A stretch of DNA of 39,012 nt, taken from IMG/VR virus record IMGVR_UViG_3300037851_000465, positions 1 to 39,012 of that record; one strand, written 5' to 3'. Under the pieces are notes generated by a model. It saw nothing but the letters and a program-made list of their open reading frames with translations, was not told the DNA's origin and searched no databases. This DNA comes from a virus (lineage: Duplodnaviria; Caudoviricetes). The first letter of the stretch is position 1. The number at the start of each line of letters is the position of its first letter. Below, one piece after another: positions 17,853 to 27,032 of this stretch. The position numbers were made by a program, and so were the translations under genes.

Positions 17853-18278
17853 ATGGCAAGCCTGCTTTTCGATTCGATGCTGTATGACCTCGCCAAGGGG
17901 TCCATCGATTTCGACACCGACACCTTCAAGGTGATGCTGGTCACCAACGCCTACAGTCCCAACAAGGGCACGCATGCCAAGCGCAGCGATGTCACCAACG
18001 AGGTCAGCGGCACCGGCTACACGGCCGGCGGCGCGGCCACCACGGTGACGGTGACCAATGACACCACCAACCACCGGACGGACATTGCCTTCAGCAATCC
18101 GTCGTGGGCAAACTCCACCATTACCGCCCGTGCGGCGGTCATCTACAAGTCGCGGGGCGGGGCCTCGTCGGCGGATGAGTTGGTGGGGTACTGCGACTTT
18201 GGCGCCGACGTGGCGTCCAACAACGGCACCTTCCAGGTGACGTTCAACACCCCGCTGCGCCTGACGAACCCGAACTGA
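17853..18278 (+). CDS. Virion structural protein, highly expressed; possible fibre or filament subunit
   Basis: IDFDTDTFKVMLV...EVSGTGYTAGG...W...TITARAAVIY...LVGY.DFG phage structural motif; strong codon bias. Confidence 0.75.
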   Translation: MASLLFDSMLYDLAKGSIDFDTDTFKVMLVTNAYSPNKGTHAKRSDVTNEVSGTGYTAGGAATTVTVTNDTTNHRTDIAFSNPSWANSTITARAAVIYKSRGGASSADELVGYCDFGADVASNNGTFQVTFNTPLRLTNPN

Positions 18279-18288
18279 CGGGGGCCTC

Positions 18289-18729
18289 ATGACCGGCCTA
18301 CGCGATCGCGTCGTCTCGGCCTGTCGTGGCGCGGTGGTGGCCGCTGCTGCGGGCGTGGCCGAGGCGACCTGGTCGTCGGCCACCGTCCCGCGTGTGTTTG
18401 GTACGGGCGGCGGGCTTGTGGGGCAGCGCAACCGGGGGCGCTGCCCGTTTGTTGAGGTAGCCCTGGAGTATGGGCCGCAGAACCATGACCGACCCGGTGG
18501 CGGGGCCTCGGCGGTCATATGCCGGTTGTTTGTATGGGTGAACGATCGCGACGAGGCTACGGCGCATGATAGGGCGCGGGTCATCGCTGCGGCCTGCGCT
18601 GATGCCATCGCAGCCCTGGATGACGCGCCGGCCATCACGCCAGGGCCGCAGGACTGGGGGCGCGTGCCGGTCGGGTTCCGGCTTGAGTGGCCCTTGTCCA
18701 TCCCTGTGTCCTGGCAGTTCGGAGCCTGA
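18289..18729 (+). CDS. Hypothetical virion protein (tail terminator-like?)
   Basis: Size and alternating beta/helix pattern; position in structural operon. Confidence 0.45.
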   Translation: MTGLRDRVVSACRGAVVAAAAGVAEATWSSATVPRVFGTGGGLVGQRNRGRCPFVEVALEYGPQNHDRPGGGASAVICRLFVWVNDRDEATAHDRARVIAAACADAIAALDDAPAITPGPQDWGRVPVGFRLEWPLSIPVSWQFGA

Positions 18730-18732
18730 CCT

Positions 18733-19794
18733 ATGGCCTATCCACCCGACACGATAGCGGCCAACAAGACGGCCCTGCTCAAGACCCTGACGGATCACCC
18801 GGCGCATCACAATGCGCTGGCCACGGCCATCAATGATATTGTGGGAATGCTGGGGACGGATCCGGCGGGGGACTCGGCCACGCTGACGGCGCGGCTGACG
18901 GGGATTGCATACCTTGATGACCGGACGCAGATTTCAGCACTGAGCAGCGAGACGATACGCGCGCGATCTTCGGCGGGTCTGGTGCTACAGGCGTCTGGCG
19001 GTAGCGCATGCCTTACCATTGGAGCCAGCGGCGGAACAGCGGCAGCATTCGCAGGCCAGGTTCTAGCAAACGACACGACCGACTGCACCGGATCGGAAAC
19101 GGGGTCGCTGCAAGCGTACGGTGGTGTTTATGCAGCCAAACAGATCCGCACCGATGCCTTCATCGTCGTCGGCAGTGGCAACTCGTCCGGTGGAGGCATA
19201 GCAATCGACCGCGATAGCTACCCATTCATCAACTTCAAGGCTGGCAACACGTCACTCGCCTTCCTGCGCGGCGAGACGGCCAACCGACTACAGGTAACAA
19301 ATGCCGACGTCTCTGCATTGGGCGATCTAAACGCCAGCATTTACTACGCTGCAAGCTTCATGCAGGTCGGCACGACCACCACCGGCACCGGCACCGCAAC
19401 GCCCAAGTACGTCTCCGCTGGCGATACCTACTGCAACGCCCAGCACGCGAATACACGCGCCGCCCTCAAGCTCCGCACATACGACGACGGCAGCGGGGCG
19501 TACGGTCTGACCGTCACCTACGACGGTGTGACTGCCGCTCAGGAATACCATGCTGACATTACCTCTGTAACTGCGTCGTCCACCGCACAACATAGATTTT
19601 ACATTGGAAACGACCAGATTCCGAAGGTCGTTATAGACAAGGCATACTGCAAGATAGCAGACGGTAACTTTTTCTACCTTCGAGGAGACGCTTCCACAGA
19701 CGGCAGCGTCCGCATCAGCAGCCCGTCGTCAGGGACCGCAACCTTAGAAATCCGCAAGTCTGGAACCTGGACTACTGTCCAGACGTGGAGCTAA
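18733..19794 (+). CDS. Tail/head fibre-like receptor-binding protein
   Basis: N-terminal H.NAL..AI..I...LG.DP.G...L.ARL anchor; G/S/T-rich beta body; altered codon usage. Confidence 0.65.
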   Translation: MAYPPDTIAANKTALLKTLTDHPAHHNALATAINDIVGMLGTDPAGDSATLTARLTGIAYLDDRTQISALSSETIRARSSAGLVLQASGGSACLTIGASGGTAAAFAGQVLANDTTDCTGSETGSLQAYGGVYAAKQIRTDAFIVVGSGNSSGGGIAIDRDSYPFINFKAGNTSLAFLRGETANRLQVTNADVSALGDLNASIYYAASFMQVGTTTTGTGTATPKYVSAGDTYCNAQHANTRAALKLRTYDDGSGAYGLTVTYDGVTAAQEYHADITSVTASSTAQHRFYIGNDQIPKVVIDKAYCKIADGNFFYLRGDASTDGSVRISSPSSGTATLEIRKSGTWTTVQTWS

Positions 19795-19797
19795 ACC

Positions 19798-20259
19798 ATG
19801 GCTGAAATAAGCATGATCGGCGCAAATGTCCGCATTGTGGACGACACCAGCACGAACGAACGTGGGCTGCAACTCAAGGTCATCAATCGCACCGGGGCGA
19901 CGTCGGTCAAGGGCACCATCGTTACCCCTTCAGCCAGCTACGACAACGCCGCTGAACTTGTAACCACAACGTCCCCATACGACGCAACCGGCGTGGTATA
20001 CGAGGCCGGAGTCGCTGACGGTTCTCCCATGTGGATATGGACCACTGGCGCAATATGCAAGGTTTTGATGGAAGATTCCGAAGCGACGACGCGGGGCGAC
20101 TGGATGCGGTGCAGCACCGTTACCAATGGACGCGGCAAGTCAGACGCAATCCCGACCCCACCGACCAGCGATACCCATTTCCAAGAGATCGGACACGCGA
20201 TGGAGAGCAACGCAGGCGGCACCGATCAGCTTGTCCTTACCTGGTTCCACACCCTCTAG
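19798..20259 (+). CDS. Structural protein (cement/fibre-associated beta fold)
   Basis: INRTG....KG..V, GVV, G...V......GD, IG.A pattern. Confidence 0.55.
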   Translation: MAEISMIGANVRIVDDTSTNERGLQLKVINRTGATSVKGTIVTPSASYDNAAELVTTTSPYDATGVVYEAGVADGSPMWIWTTGAICKVLMEDSEATTRGDWMRCSTVTNGRGKSDAIPTPPTSDTHFQEIGHAMESNAGGTDQLVLTWFHTL

Positions 20260-20262
20260 GGA

Positions 20263-20646
20263 ATGACGATGCCCAACACCTACGCCCCCACCGCCAACCC
20301 AGGCGACACCCGCACGAGGTGCTATCGCCTGCGAATCAATAACCCCAACGGCGGCCTACCGGACGCGATTATCTACGAAGAAGACGTGGTCCTGCTTGCC
20401 GATGGCGAGCGCCACCTGGCCGACCGTGAAGCATTCACCGTGCAGGTCGACATGGACGAACCGGTCGATCTGCTAAACCCGCTTACTGACGAGCCTCTTG
20501 GCAAGACCATGACCGCCGGCCAGATACAGGCCACGATCTATTCATGGGTCAGGTTGCAACAGAAGAAACGCGACGCTGCCGCCCAACCCAAACCGACCAC
20601 CACGCCAACCGAACCAACTCCGACCACTACGACCATTGATCCATGA
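20263..20646 (+). CDS. Fibre-associated or assembly protein
   Basis: TRC.R..I.NP....P.....EE and LLNP.T.EP.G.T.T motifs; follows fibre genes. Confidence 0.55.
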   Translation: MTMPNTYAPTANPGDTRTRCYRLRINNPNGGLPDAIIYEEDVVLLADGERHLADREAFTVQVDMDEPVDLLNPLTDEPLGKTMTAGQIQATIYSWVRLQQKKRDAAAQPKPTTTPTEPTPTTTTIDP

Positions 20647-20649
20647 CCG

Positions 20650-21468
20650 ATGAAGACCTACGGTGATGGCACCTACGGCACCGGCACCTATGGCGAGCCC
20701 AGCATATCGCTGGCCACCAATGGGGAGTCGTATGCCTACGCCGTGGGACCGGCCATCACCGCGAGCGGGGCGCTGTGGTTCGCGCATCGCTACGTCGGGA
20801 CGACGCCGGATGATGACCAGGTCATCGTCCAGACGCCCAACCTGCTGGCGGTGATCGATGACGACTTGGTGGCATCGCTGACGCTGCGTCTGGCCTTTGA
20901 CCAGGCCGTGACGGCCTCCGCCCAGATACCCGATGATGGGCTCTGGCATCACGTCGCGTTTTCCTGGGAACTGACGGCGAGCGGGTACGCGGTCACGGCG
21001 TTCGTTGATGGGGTCGAGGTCGCTACGGCGGTGGAACCGGTCGAAGAGATGGCACCGGGTGACGGGGTTATTTATGCGCTCAATGGCACGGTACCCGATG
21101 GGTGCCCTGGCCACCGGGTGTATGATCTAGCCCTCTGGTCGGTGGCCACCGACGCGGCAGACGTGGCGGCCGGCATGCTAGCCCTGGTGGGCGATGAGGC
21201 AGGCCTGGCGCATCTGTGGCGCGGCGACGATGAGACCGGAGCCGAGGCCATCAATGCGGTGATCGGCGGCCCGGCCTTGGTTGAGGCTGCGGACAGTCTG
21301 TGGGCGGGTCGGGTGACGACGGCCACGGGGGATCTGGGCGTGGCGGCGTCATCGCCTGCGGCGGTGGTGGGCGTGGCCGAGAACCCCGCGCTGGTAGACC
21401 CGCCGGCCGTGGTCGCTGCGGCGATCTGTTCGGTGACCGTGTACATCATCAGGATGGAGGAATCATGA
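20650..21468 (+). CDS. LamG/concanavalin-like domain structural protein
   Basis: DDGLWHHVAFSW...FVDGVEV...YDLALWS...L.GDE.GL..LW. Confidence 0.7.
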   Translation: MKTYGDGTYGTGTYGEPSISLATNGESYAYAVGPAITASGALWFAHRYVGTTPDDDQVIVQTPNLLAVIDDDLVASLTLRLAFDQAVTASAQIPDDGLWHHVAFSWELTASGYAVTAFVDGVEVATAVEPVEEMAPGDGVIYALNGTVPDGCPGHRVYDLALWSVATDAADVAAGMLALVGDEAGLAHLWRGDDETGAEAINAVIGGPALVEAADSLWAGRVTTATGDLGVAASSPAAVVGVAENPALVDPPAVVAAAICSVTVYIIRMEES

Positions 21469-22073
21469 CTACGGCCTATAACAAAACCGTTGGTACCTCG
21501 CTGCTCGCCTGGACCACCGTGACCACGGGCAACGTGTCGGTGGGGTCGGCGGTGGATGTGGGGACGAAGATCACGGCCCGCTTTGCGGTGTCCATTGGCC
21601 GGGTGTCTGCCACGGCCTGGACGCCCGGCTGGCCGCTGGTGCGCATCGATGCGTCGGCCAAGGCCAGCGGGGATGATGCGTGGTTTCCGGCCCTGGTCTG
21701 GAATCCGTTTGTGGGGGCGAGCGTCGCGGCGACGACCTTCAACGGGGCGAAGTCGGCCGGGGATACGTCCATCGTGGTGACCTCGGCCACCAACATCACG
21801 GCCGGGGATCTGCTGTTCCTGGGGCATACCACCGACAGCACCAAGTATGAACTGGCGCGGGTGAAGGGCATCAGCGGGACGACGGTGACGCTGGATGCGC
21901 CGCTGGCGTATGATCACGACAGTGGGGCGGCGATCACCGACCAGGCCGAGCTGCTATCGGCTGACCTGGACCTGTCGGCCATCACGCGGATACGGGTGGT
22001 GGTGGATAATGCGAACGGGGGGCAGTCGGTGTTGGCGCGGGTGATCCTGTCTACCCTGGACAGTGTGGGGTGA
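21465..22073 (+). CDS. Virion structural protein, paralog 1
   Basis: GGAGG RBS, ATG 21465; colinear similarity to 22077-22706. Confidence 0.75.
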   Translation: MTTAYNKTVGTSLLAWTTVTTGNVSVGSAVDVGTKITARFAVSIGRVSATAWTPGWPLVRIDASAKASGDDAWFPALVWNPFVGASVAATTFNGAKSAGDTSIVVTSATNITAGDLLFLGHTTDSTKYELARVKGISGTTVTLDAPLAYDHDSGAAITDQAELLSADLDLSAITRIRVVVDNANGGQSVLARVILSTLDSVG

Positions 22074-22076
22074 TGT

Positions 22077-22706
22077 GTGGCCAAGGCGTATGTCAAAACC
22101 ATAGGGACGACGCTCCTGGATTGGACCAGGATAGCGGCGGGTGAGGCGTCGGCTACGGCGGCGGCCAGCGTGGCGGGGAAGATGGTGGCCAGGGTCCATG
22201 TCAGCGTGGGCGGTGAAAAATCATTACAGGCCAACGCCTGGTCACTGATTGCCGCGATCGATGTTTCCCCATCGGACTCAGGTGACGATTGGGTTGAGGC
22301 CATAACCTGGGACTACCGGGCCTTTGCCGTGACGACGGATAGGGTTAGTGAAATGACGGCGTCCGTTTCGGCTGGGTCCAGCGTGGTCAATATCACGTCC
22401 TGGAATGGTGCTATGCAGCCGGGTGACCTGGTCTTCCTGGCTGATGTGGATGGGTCTACCATCTACGCCTGCGAAATGAAACGGGTGAAGTCGGCGTCCA
22501 CATCGGACACCACGTTCAGCGAACCAACGGTGAACGCTTATGATCACACCCGGTCGGAATGTTACTTGACGGCATCGGCGTGGGATCTGTCGGCGGAAAT
22601 CCCGCTAGATGGAGTGAAACGTTTACGGGTACGGCTGTTGAATGCTGAGGTGGCCCGTGATGTGTTTCTGCGTGTGCTCCTGTCCACCCTCGACGCCATA
22701 GGCTAA
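22077..22706 (+). CDS. Virion structural protein, paralog 2
   Basis: AY.KT.GT.LL.WT start and RV.LSTLD..G end shared with 21465-22073. Confidence 0.75.
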   Translation: MAKAYVKTIGTTLLDWTRIAAGEASATAAASVAGKMVARVHVSVGGEKSLQANAWSLIAAIDVSPSDSGDDWVEAITWDYRAFAVTTDRVSEMTASVSAGSSVVNITSWNGAMQPGDLVFLADVDGSTIYACEMKRVKSASTSDTTFSEPTVNAYDHTRSECYLTASAWDLSAEIPLDGVKRLRVRLLNAEVARDVFLRVLLSTLDAIG

Positions 22707-22710
22707 CCCC

Positions 22711-24693
22711 ATGCCCCTGATCGCAGCCACCCCGCGCCTGGGCGTCCCTCGCATCGCAGAGATGGTGCGCCAGGCCGGCGGCTTCAATGATCGCAAGGGG
22801 CGGTATTCGGTCGGTTCGGATGGGTACATCCGCATCAGCCGGGCGCAGATCGATTACGGTCTTTCGGTGATGCTGCTGGACGGCGTTGGGCGCACGTCGG
22901 GGCGGTTCTATGTTGAGGCGCTGGGCATTGCGACTGGGACGCTCAACGCTGGGGTGCAGGTGGGGCTGGTGAACCAGGGGAATGACGGGGTTGGGTTCAT
23001 CCTCAATGGTTCGACGCCGCAACCCTGCGCCCAGACCTTGCGTGTGGACCAGGGCAGCGGGACGAACTACACGAACCATCAGCGGTTCCCGTTCAGCACC
23101 ACGTCGGACCACACCAAGACTGGGTCATGGTCGAACGTCTACACCTCGTGGATAGGGGTCGGGATCGACTACGATGTGGGGTCCATCAAGTTGTGGATCA
23201 ATGGGATTCTGACGGGTGAACTGAAAAGCAGCATCGGCACTGATGGCCCGTTTCGGGTGCCCAAGGATTGGGCGATGGTGCCGGCCCTGTTGGTGGGGCT
23301 CAATGCCAACACGGCCCAGGACTACCTGATCAACCTGGGCCAGGTGCCCTTCCGGTATCCACCACCGCCGGGGTTTGACCGGCGGTTCATCCCCAGCGCC
23401 AAGAAGCCTTTGGCCCTGTTCGCGGATGGGGACGGGACTGGGGCCGGGGATCTGGTCGCGGTGGTGGCCGAGGTGCCGACGGCGTCGGTGGTGTCGGTGG
23501 ACTTCGATGCGTTCACCAGCCTGTGCATCCCGCCCGTCGTGGCGGTGCTGCCCGATGTGGTCGGCGGGCCGTGGGAAGAGGCGGTCACCAGTCCGCAGGC
23601 CTCGTCCTGCGAGGCGATGACCGGGTCGGCGTCGGTGATCTACGAGGCGTTCACGGAGCCGCCTGAGGTGGTCGCGGAGATCCCTGAGGCGGTGATGGAT
23701 CTGATCCAGCGGGTGGACCCGCCTAGCGCGGTGGCCCAGCCGGTGACCGGGATCGCGTTCCGCTTCTTCCCCTTCCCGGTTGATGTTACGGCGGCGGCCT
23801 GCGCGGCCCCCAGCGTGTCGGCGTGGATCACGGTGACGGCACCGACCCAGGTCCCGGCGGCTGGGGTGTCTGCGCCTGAGGTGGTCGCGGCCTCGGTGCG
23901 CCTGGCGGTGGCGAATCCACCGGCCGCACCAGCGACACCGGCCGAGGCCTCGGCGCAGGGTGGGGCAGGTTCAGGCGTGGTGGTGCCGGCTGTGGTGGCC
24001 GCTGCGGCCACGGGGTCGGCGGCGGGTGGCGTGGTATCGGATGGGCAGGCGGACGGCAGTCTGCCGGAGGCTGTGGTTGCTCCGGTTCTGGGATCGGTGG
24101 TGCAGCAACGCGACGGGGTGGCCGTGGTGCGGTTGCCGGTTGTGGTTGCTGCGGCTGCGCGGACCGGGGCTGGGTCATCGCAGGCGGTGACGCCTCCAAG
24201 TGTCATAGCGGGTGCCATAGCGGGTCAGGCTGAGGCGGTGCATGCTGCCTGGGGCGATCTGATCCAGGCCCCGACCTCTGCGGCCCAGGCGGGCGCGGTG
24301 GTGGCGGGTGCTGCGTCAGGCGACCAGGGCGCGGCGGTGGCGCGGCCCATCATCACGATGGCGACCGGAGTGGATACCAGCCGACAGGGTGCGGCGTCGG
24401 GATCCTGGCCCTCGGCGGTGGCTGAGGCTGCGTTTGGCTCTGCCCTCCAGGTGGTGCCGGTGTCTCTGCCCGAGGCCTCGGCCGAGGTTCCCCAGGTGGG
24501 CAGCGTGGTGGTGGCGCGGGCTGCCATCGCCTGGGCCAGCGCGGCGGCGATCAGCGCGGCTGCGGTCAGCGACGCCCCACAGCACGGGCGGCGGGTGGCG
24601 CAGGTCACCAGCCCCCGGCGGACGGTCCGGCTGGTGCGCTACGACCGGCCCTTGGTCGTCGCACCGGCGCGGCGGCGTAGTGTGGTGCCGTAA
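22711..24693 (+). CDS. SPRY-like domain plus about 420-aa Ala/Val/Pro-rich repeat stalk (appendage protein)
   Basis: SGRFYVE, IGVGID...G.I...ING, INLGQVPFRYPPPPGF; low-complexity C-terminus. Confidence 0.7.
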   Translation: MPLIAATPRLGVPRIAEMVRQAGGFNDRKGRYSVGSDGYIRISRAQIDYGLSVMLLDGVGRTSGRFYVEALGIATGTLNAGVQVGLVNQGNDGVGFILNGSTPQPCAQTLRVDQGSGTNYTNHQRFPFSTTSDHTKTGSWSNVYTSWIGVGIDYDVGSIKLWINGILTGELKSSIGTDGPFRVPKDWAMVPALLVGLNANTAQDYLINLGQVPFRYPPPPGFDRRFIPSAKKPLALFADGDGTGAGDLVAVVAEVPTASVVSVDFDAFTSLCIPPVVAVLPDVVGGPWEEAVTSPQASSCEAMTGSASVIYEAFTEPPEVVAEIPEAVMDLIQRVDPPSAVAQPVTGIAFRFFPFPVDVTAAACAAPSVSAWITVTAPTQVPAAGVSAPEVVAASVRLAVANPPAAPATPAEASAQGGAGSGVVVPAVVAAAATGSAAGGVVSDGQADGSLPEAVVAPVLGSVVQQRDGVAVVRLPVVVAAAARTGAGSSQAVTPPSVIAGAIAGQAEAVHAAWGDLIQAPTSAAQAGAVVAGAASGDQGAAVARPIITMATGVDTSRQGAASGSWPSAVAEAAFGSALQVVPVSLPEASAEVPQVGSVVVARAAIAWASAAAISAAAVSDAPQHGRRVAQVTSPRRTVRLVRYDRPLVVAPARRRSVVP

Positions 24694-25010
24694 TGGGCAG
24701 CGTGAAGAACCTGGTGCGTGGCGATACCTGGACCCTGGATGCGATCCTGGATGTGGGGCAGGACCGTATGCCCTTGGCCGGGGCGGCGGTAACGGCGCAT
24801 CTGTGCTTTGCCGACCGGGCGCACGTCCTGGACGCGGTGACCTGCACGGTGACGGACGAGGCCGGGCAAGTGCAGGCCGAGTTCGCGGCCGACGATACGG
24901 ACACCATCGCTCCGGGTGATTACCTGCTTATTTTTCGCGTGGTGACGGCCACGGATAAGATCTACACCTGGGAACCGGCCGTGGTGACGGTCGTGGAGGA
25001 CTGCGCATGA
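24693..25010 (+). CDS. BppU-like Ig-fold structural protein
   Basis: RGDT..L......L.GA.V, G.V......DT..PG.Y....V pattern. Confidence 0.65.
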   Translation: MGSVKNLVRGDTWTLDAILDVGQDRMPLAGAAVTAHLCFADRAHVLDAVTCTVTDEAGQVQAEFAADDTDTIAPGDYLLIFRVVTATDKIYTWEPAVVTVVEDCA

Positions 25011-25375
25011 GCAGCGGCAGCGATAGCGATCCTACCGGCAAGCTGGCGGCAGAGATCGTCCGGCAGGCCGAGAAGAATGCCAAGCGGTCTAGTGGCGAGA
25101 CGACGCATGTCTGCATTCAGGACAGTGCGATCCGCGCCATCATGGCGGAACTCCAGGACATCAAGAATACAGGGCTCAAGGAAATCAAGAACGAGGTGAG
25201 CGAGATCAATCAGCGTCTGGCCGCAGGGGCTACCAAGATGGCTCTCCTGGATGAGCGGAGTGAAAACGTTGGCCGCATCATCTGGGGGATCGGGGCTGTG
25301 GTCGGTCTCGGGCTGCTGACCCTGCTGGGGAGCGCGGTGGTCTGGGTCATCACCAAGGCCGGGGGGCATCCATGA
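25007..25375 (+). CDS. Holin-like membrane protein (coiled coil plus C-terminal TM)
   Basis: Heptad region followed by IIWGIGAVVGLGLLTLLGSAVVWVI. Confidence 0.55.
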   Translation: MSSGSDSDPTGKLAAEIVRQAEKNAKRSSGETTHVCIQDSAIRAIMAELQDIKNTGLKEIKNEVSEINQRLAAGATKMALLDERSENVGRIIWGIGAVVGLGLLTLLGSAVVWVITKAGGHP

Positions 25376-25752
25376 GGTTGTTCATCTCGTTTCTGATAAT
25401 CCTGGGTTTGCAGGGATGCTTGCTGACCACCTCCCAGGCCCGCGCCAAGCAGGTGGAGGCCGGCAGCCGTACCGTCACCGATCCGGCCGCGCCGGGTCCG
25501 GTGGTGACCGCCTGGAAGGTGACGACCACGACCGACACGGCGAGCGAGACGCGGGAAGAGATCCAGCCGCCGCAGATCATCATGCAGGCGGCGCAGGGCG
25601 CGGCCTCGATGGGGATGGGGGACATGGGTGGGGTGGCGTCGTCGTTTCTGATGCTGATCACCACGCTTTTTGGTGGATACGGAGCGGCGAAACTGCGCGG
25701 CCTGGAAAAGATTGAACAAGAGAAGCGCCAAGAGCGCAAGAAAGGTTCCTGA
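25372..25752 (+). CDS. Lipoprotein with C-terminal TM helix, unimolecular spanin candidate
   Basis: MRLFISFLIILGLQG-C lipobox; TM GGVASSFLMLITTLFGGYGAA; charged tail. Confidence 0.55.
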   Translation: MRLFISFLIILGLQGCLLTTSQARAKQVEAGSRTVTDPAAPGPVVTAWKVTTTTDTASETREEIQPPQIIMQAAQGAASMGMGDMGGVASSFLMLITTLFGGYGAAKLRGLEKIEQEKRQERKKGS

Positions 25753-25988
25753 TGAATCCCGCTCCAACTGGCTATCGTACCACGACCAACATCAACAACT
25801 GCTTCAACTGCGGCAGGCGCAAAACCGTCGGTAACGTCACCTGCTGCAATCGGGATCGTGATGCTCCGTCTGAGCCGTTGACGGCTGATGGTCAGATCTG
25901 GGTCCAGAACCATACGGCTGACAAACTCCATCTGTGCGATCTGCACATCTTCAGCCGCATGGTCATCACCCGCGGATCCGGTGGCTGA
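25752..25988 (+). CDS. Small Cys/His-rich hypothetical protein
   Basis: CFNC...CC...HLCDLH; TGATG coupling. Confidence 0.55.
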   Translation: MNPAPTGYRTTTNINNCFNCGRRKTVGNVTCCNRDRDAPSEPLTADGQIWVQNHTADKLHLCDLHIFSRMVITRGSGG

Positions 25989-25990
25989 CC

Positions 25991-26440
25991 ATGGCCCTGA
26001 GCCTCGCCACCCGCTTCAATCGCTTTGGCGCGTCCTGGACCGAGGTCGCCCCCGTTCTGGGCGCTGCGGCTGACGACCTGGCCACGCCCAGCATGACGGT
26101 CCAGGAAGCCATCGAGGCCGCGCTGGACCGTGCGACGGCGCTGGTGGTGGGGTCTGCGGCGGCTGTGGTGCGGCAATGGATCGACGAACAACCGCCCCCC
26201 GTGACCATCCCCAGCCTGGCCCAGGTGGTCGTCATCGGCGCGGCGGCGGAACTGGGCGGGCGTCTGTATGCCAGCGGGCAGGATCAATGGAGCGTGGTCA
26301 CCGATCTGGCGGCCCGCTTTCAGGCGGTGGTCAATGCGCTGGCGGCGGGCACGTTCCGGCCTGCTGAAATGCCGGTGGACTTTGGCCAGCGGCGCGGCAC
26401 GGCGGGCGGGATCGGCACGTTTTGTTTGATGCGGGGCTGA
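25991..26440 (+). CDS. Head-tail adaptor-like protein
   Basis: Helical, IEAALDRATALV and R......L..LA.G pattern resembling Mu gp36-type adaptors. Confidence 0.55.
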   Translation: MALSLATRFNRFGASWTEVAPVLGAAADDLATPSMTVQEAIEAALDRATALVVGSAAAVVRQWIDEQPPPVTIPSLAQVVVIGAAAELGGRLYASGQDQWSVVTDLAARFQAVVNALAAGTFRPAEMPVDFGQRRGTAGGIGTFCLMRG

Positions 26441-26442
26441 CC

Positions 26443-27030
26443 ATGCCCCGTGAGTTCACCGATTGGATGGTGGCAGCCCGGCAGGCCGAGATGGGCGCAG
26501 TAGGCGCGACGGCGGCAGCGGTGGCCACGGTCGTGGTGCGTCGGCTGGTGCATCAGGGCGACACGGGCAGCCTGGCCGAACCGGGCATGGATCTGCGCCT
26601 TTTGCGGACCGATGCCACGGTGATGGTTGCTCTGGGGAATGATCTGGCGGCGGCCCAGCGGCGGGTCCACAAGGCCCTGGTGGATGCCATGCTGGACGGC
26701 TACGTCCTGGGGGCGCAACGGGCCGCGCCGGGCCTGCCGGTGTCCATCGAGGTGGGCGAGGCTGAACGGGCCGAGGTCGAGGGGTATCCCATCCATGGTT
26801 ACACCGCGTCCGAGGTGGCCACGCATCTGCGCGAGGCCCTGGAGCGCGACATCATGGAGGCGATCACGGCGCCCCTCACCGGAGCCTATGATCCGTCGCG
26901 CATCCCTGGCGAGGTCGAGGCGGCTGATGCCCGTCACGCCCTGCGCGTGGGCAGTGCGGTGGCCGAGGCCTGGCACCTGGGGGCGCAGATCGGTGCGCGT
27001 GCGGTGGCCGCGTTGCTGTCGGGAGGCTGA
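26443..27030 (+). CDS. Helical minor head protein, probably N-terminal part of a split MuF
   Basis: All-helical; PIHG...SE....L...L...I...I pattern seen in minor head proteins; precedes the MuF motif gene. Confidence 0.5.
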   Translation: MPREFTDWMVAARQAEMGAVGATAAAVATVVVRRLVHQGDTGSLAEPGMDLRLLRTDATVMVALGNDLAAAQRRVHKALVDAMLDGYVLGAQRAAPGLPVSIEVGEAERAEVEGYPIHGYTASEVATHLREALERDIMEAITAPLTGAYDPSRIPGEVEAADARHALRVGSAVAEAWHLGAQIGARAVAALLSGG

Positions 27031-27032
27031 CC

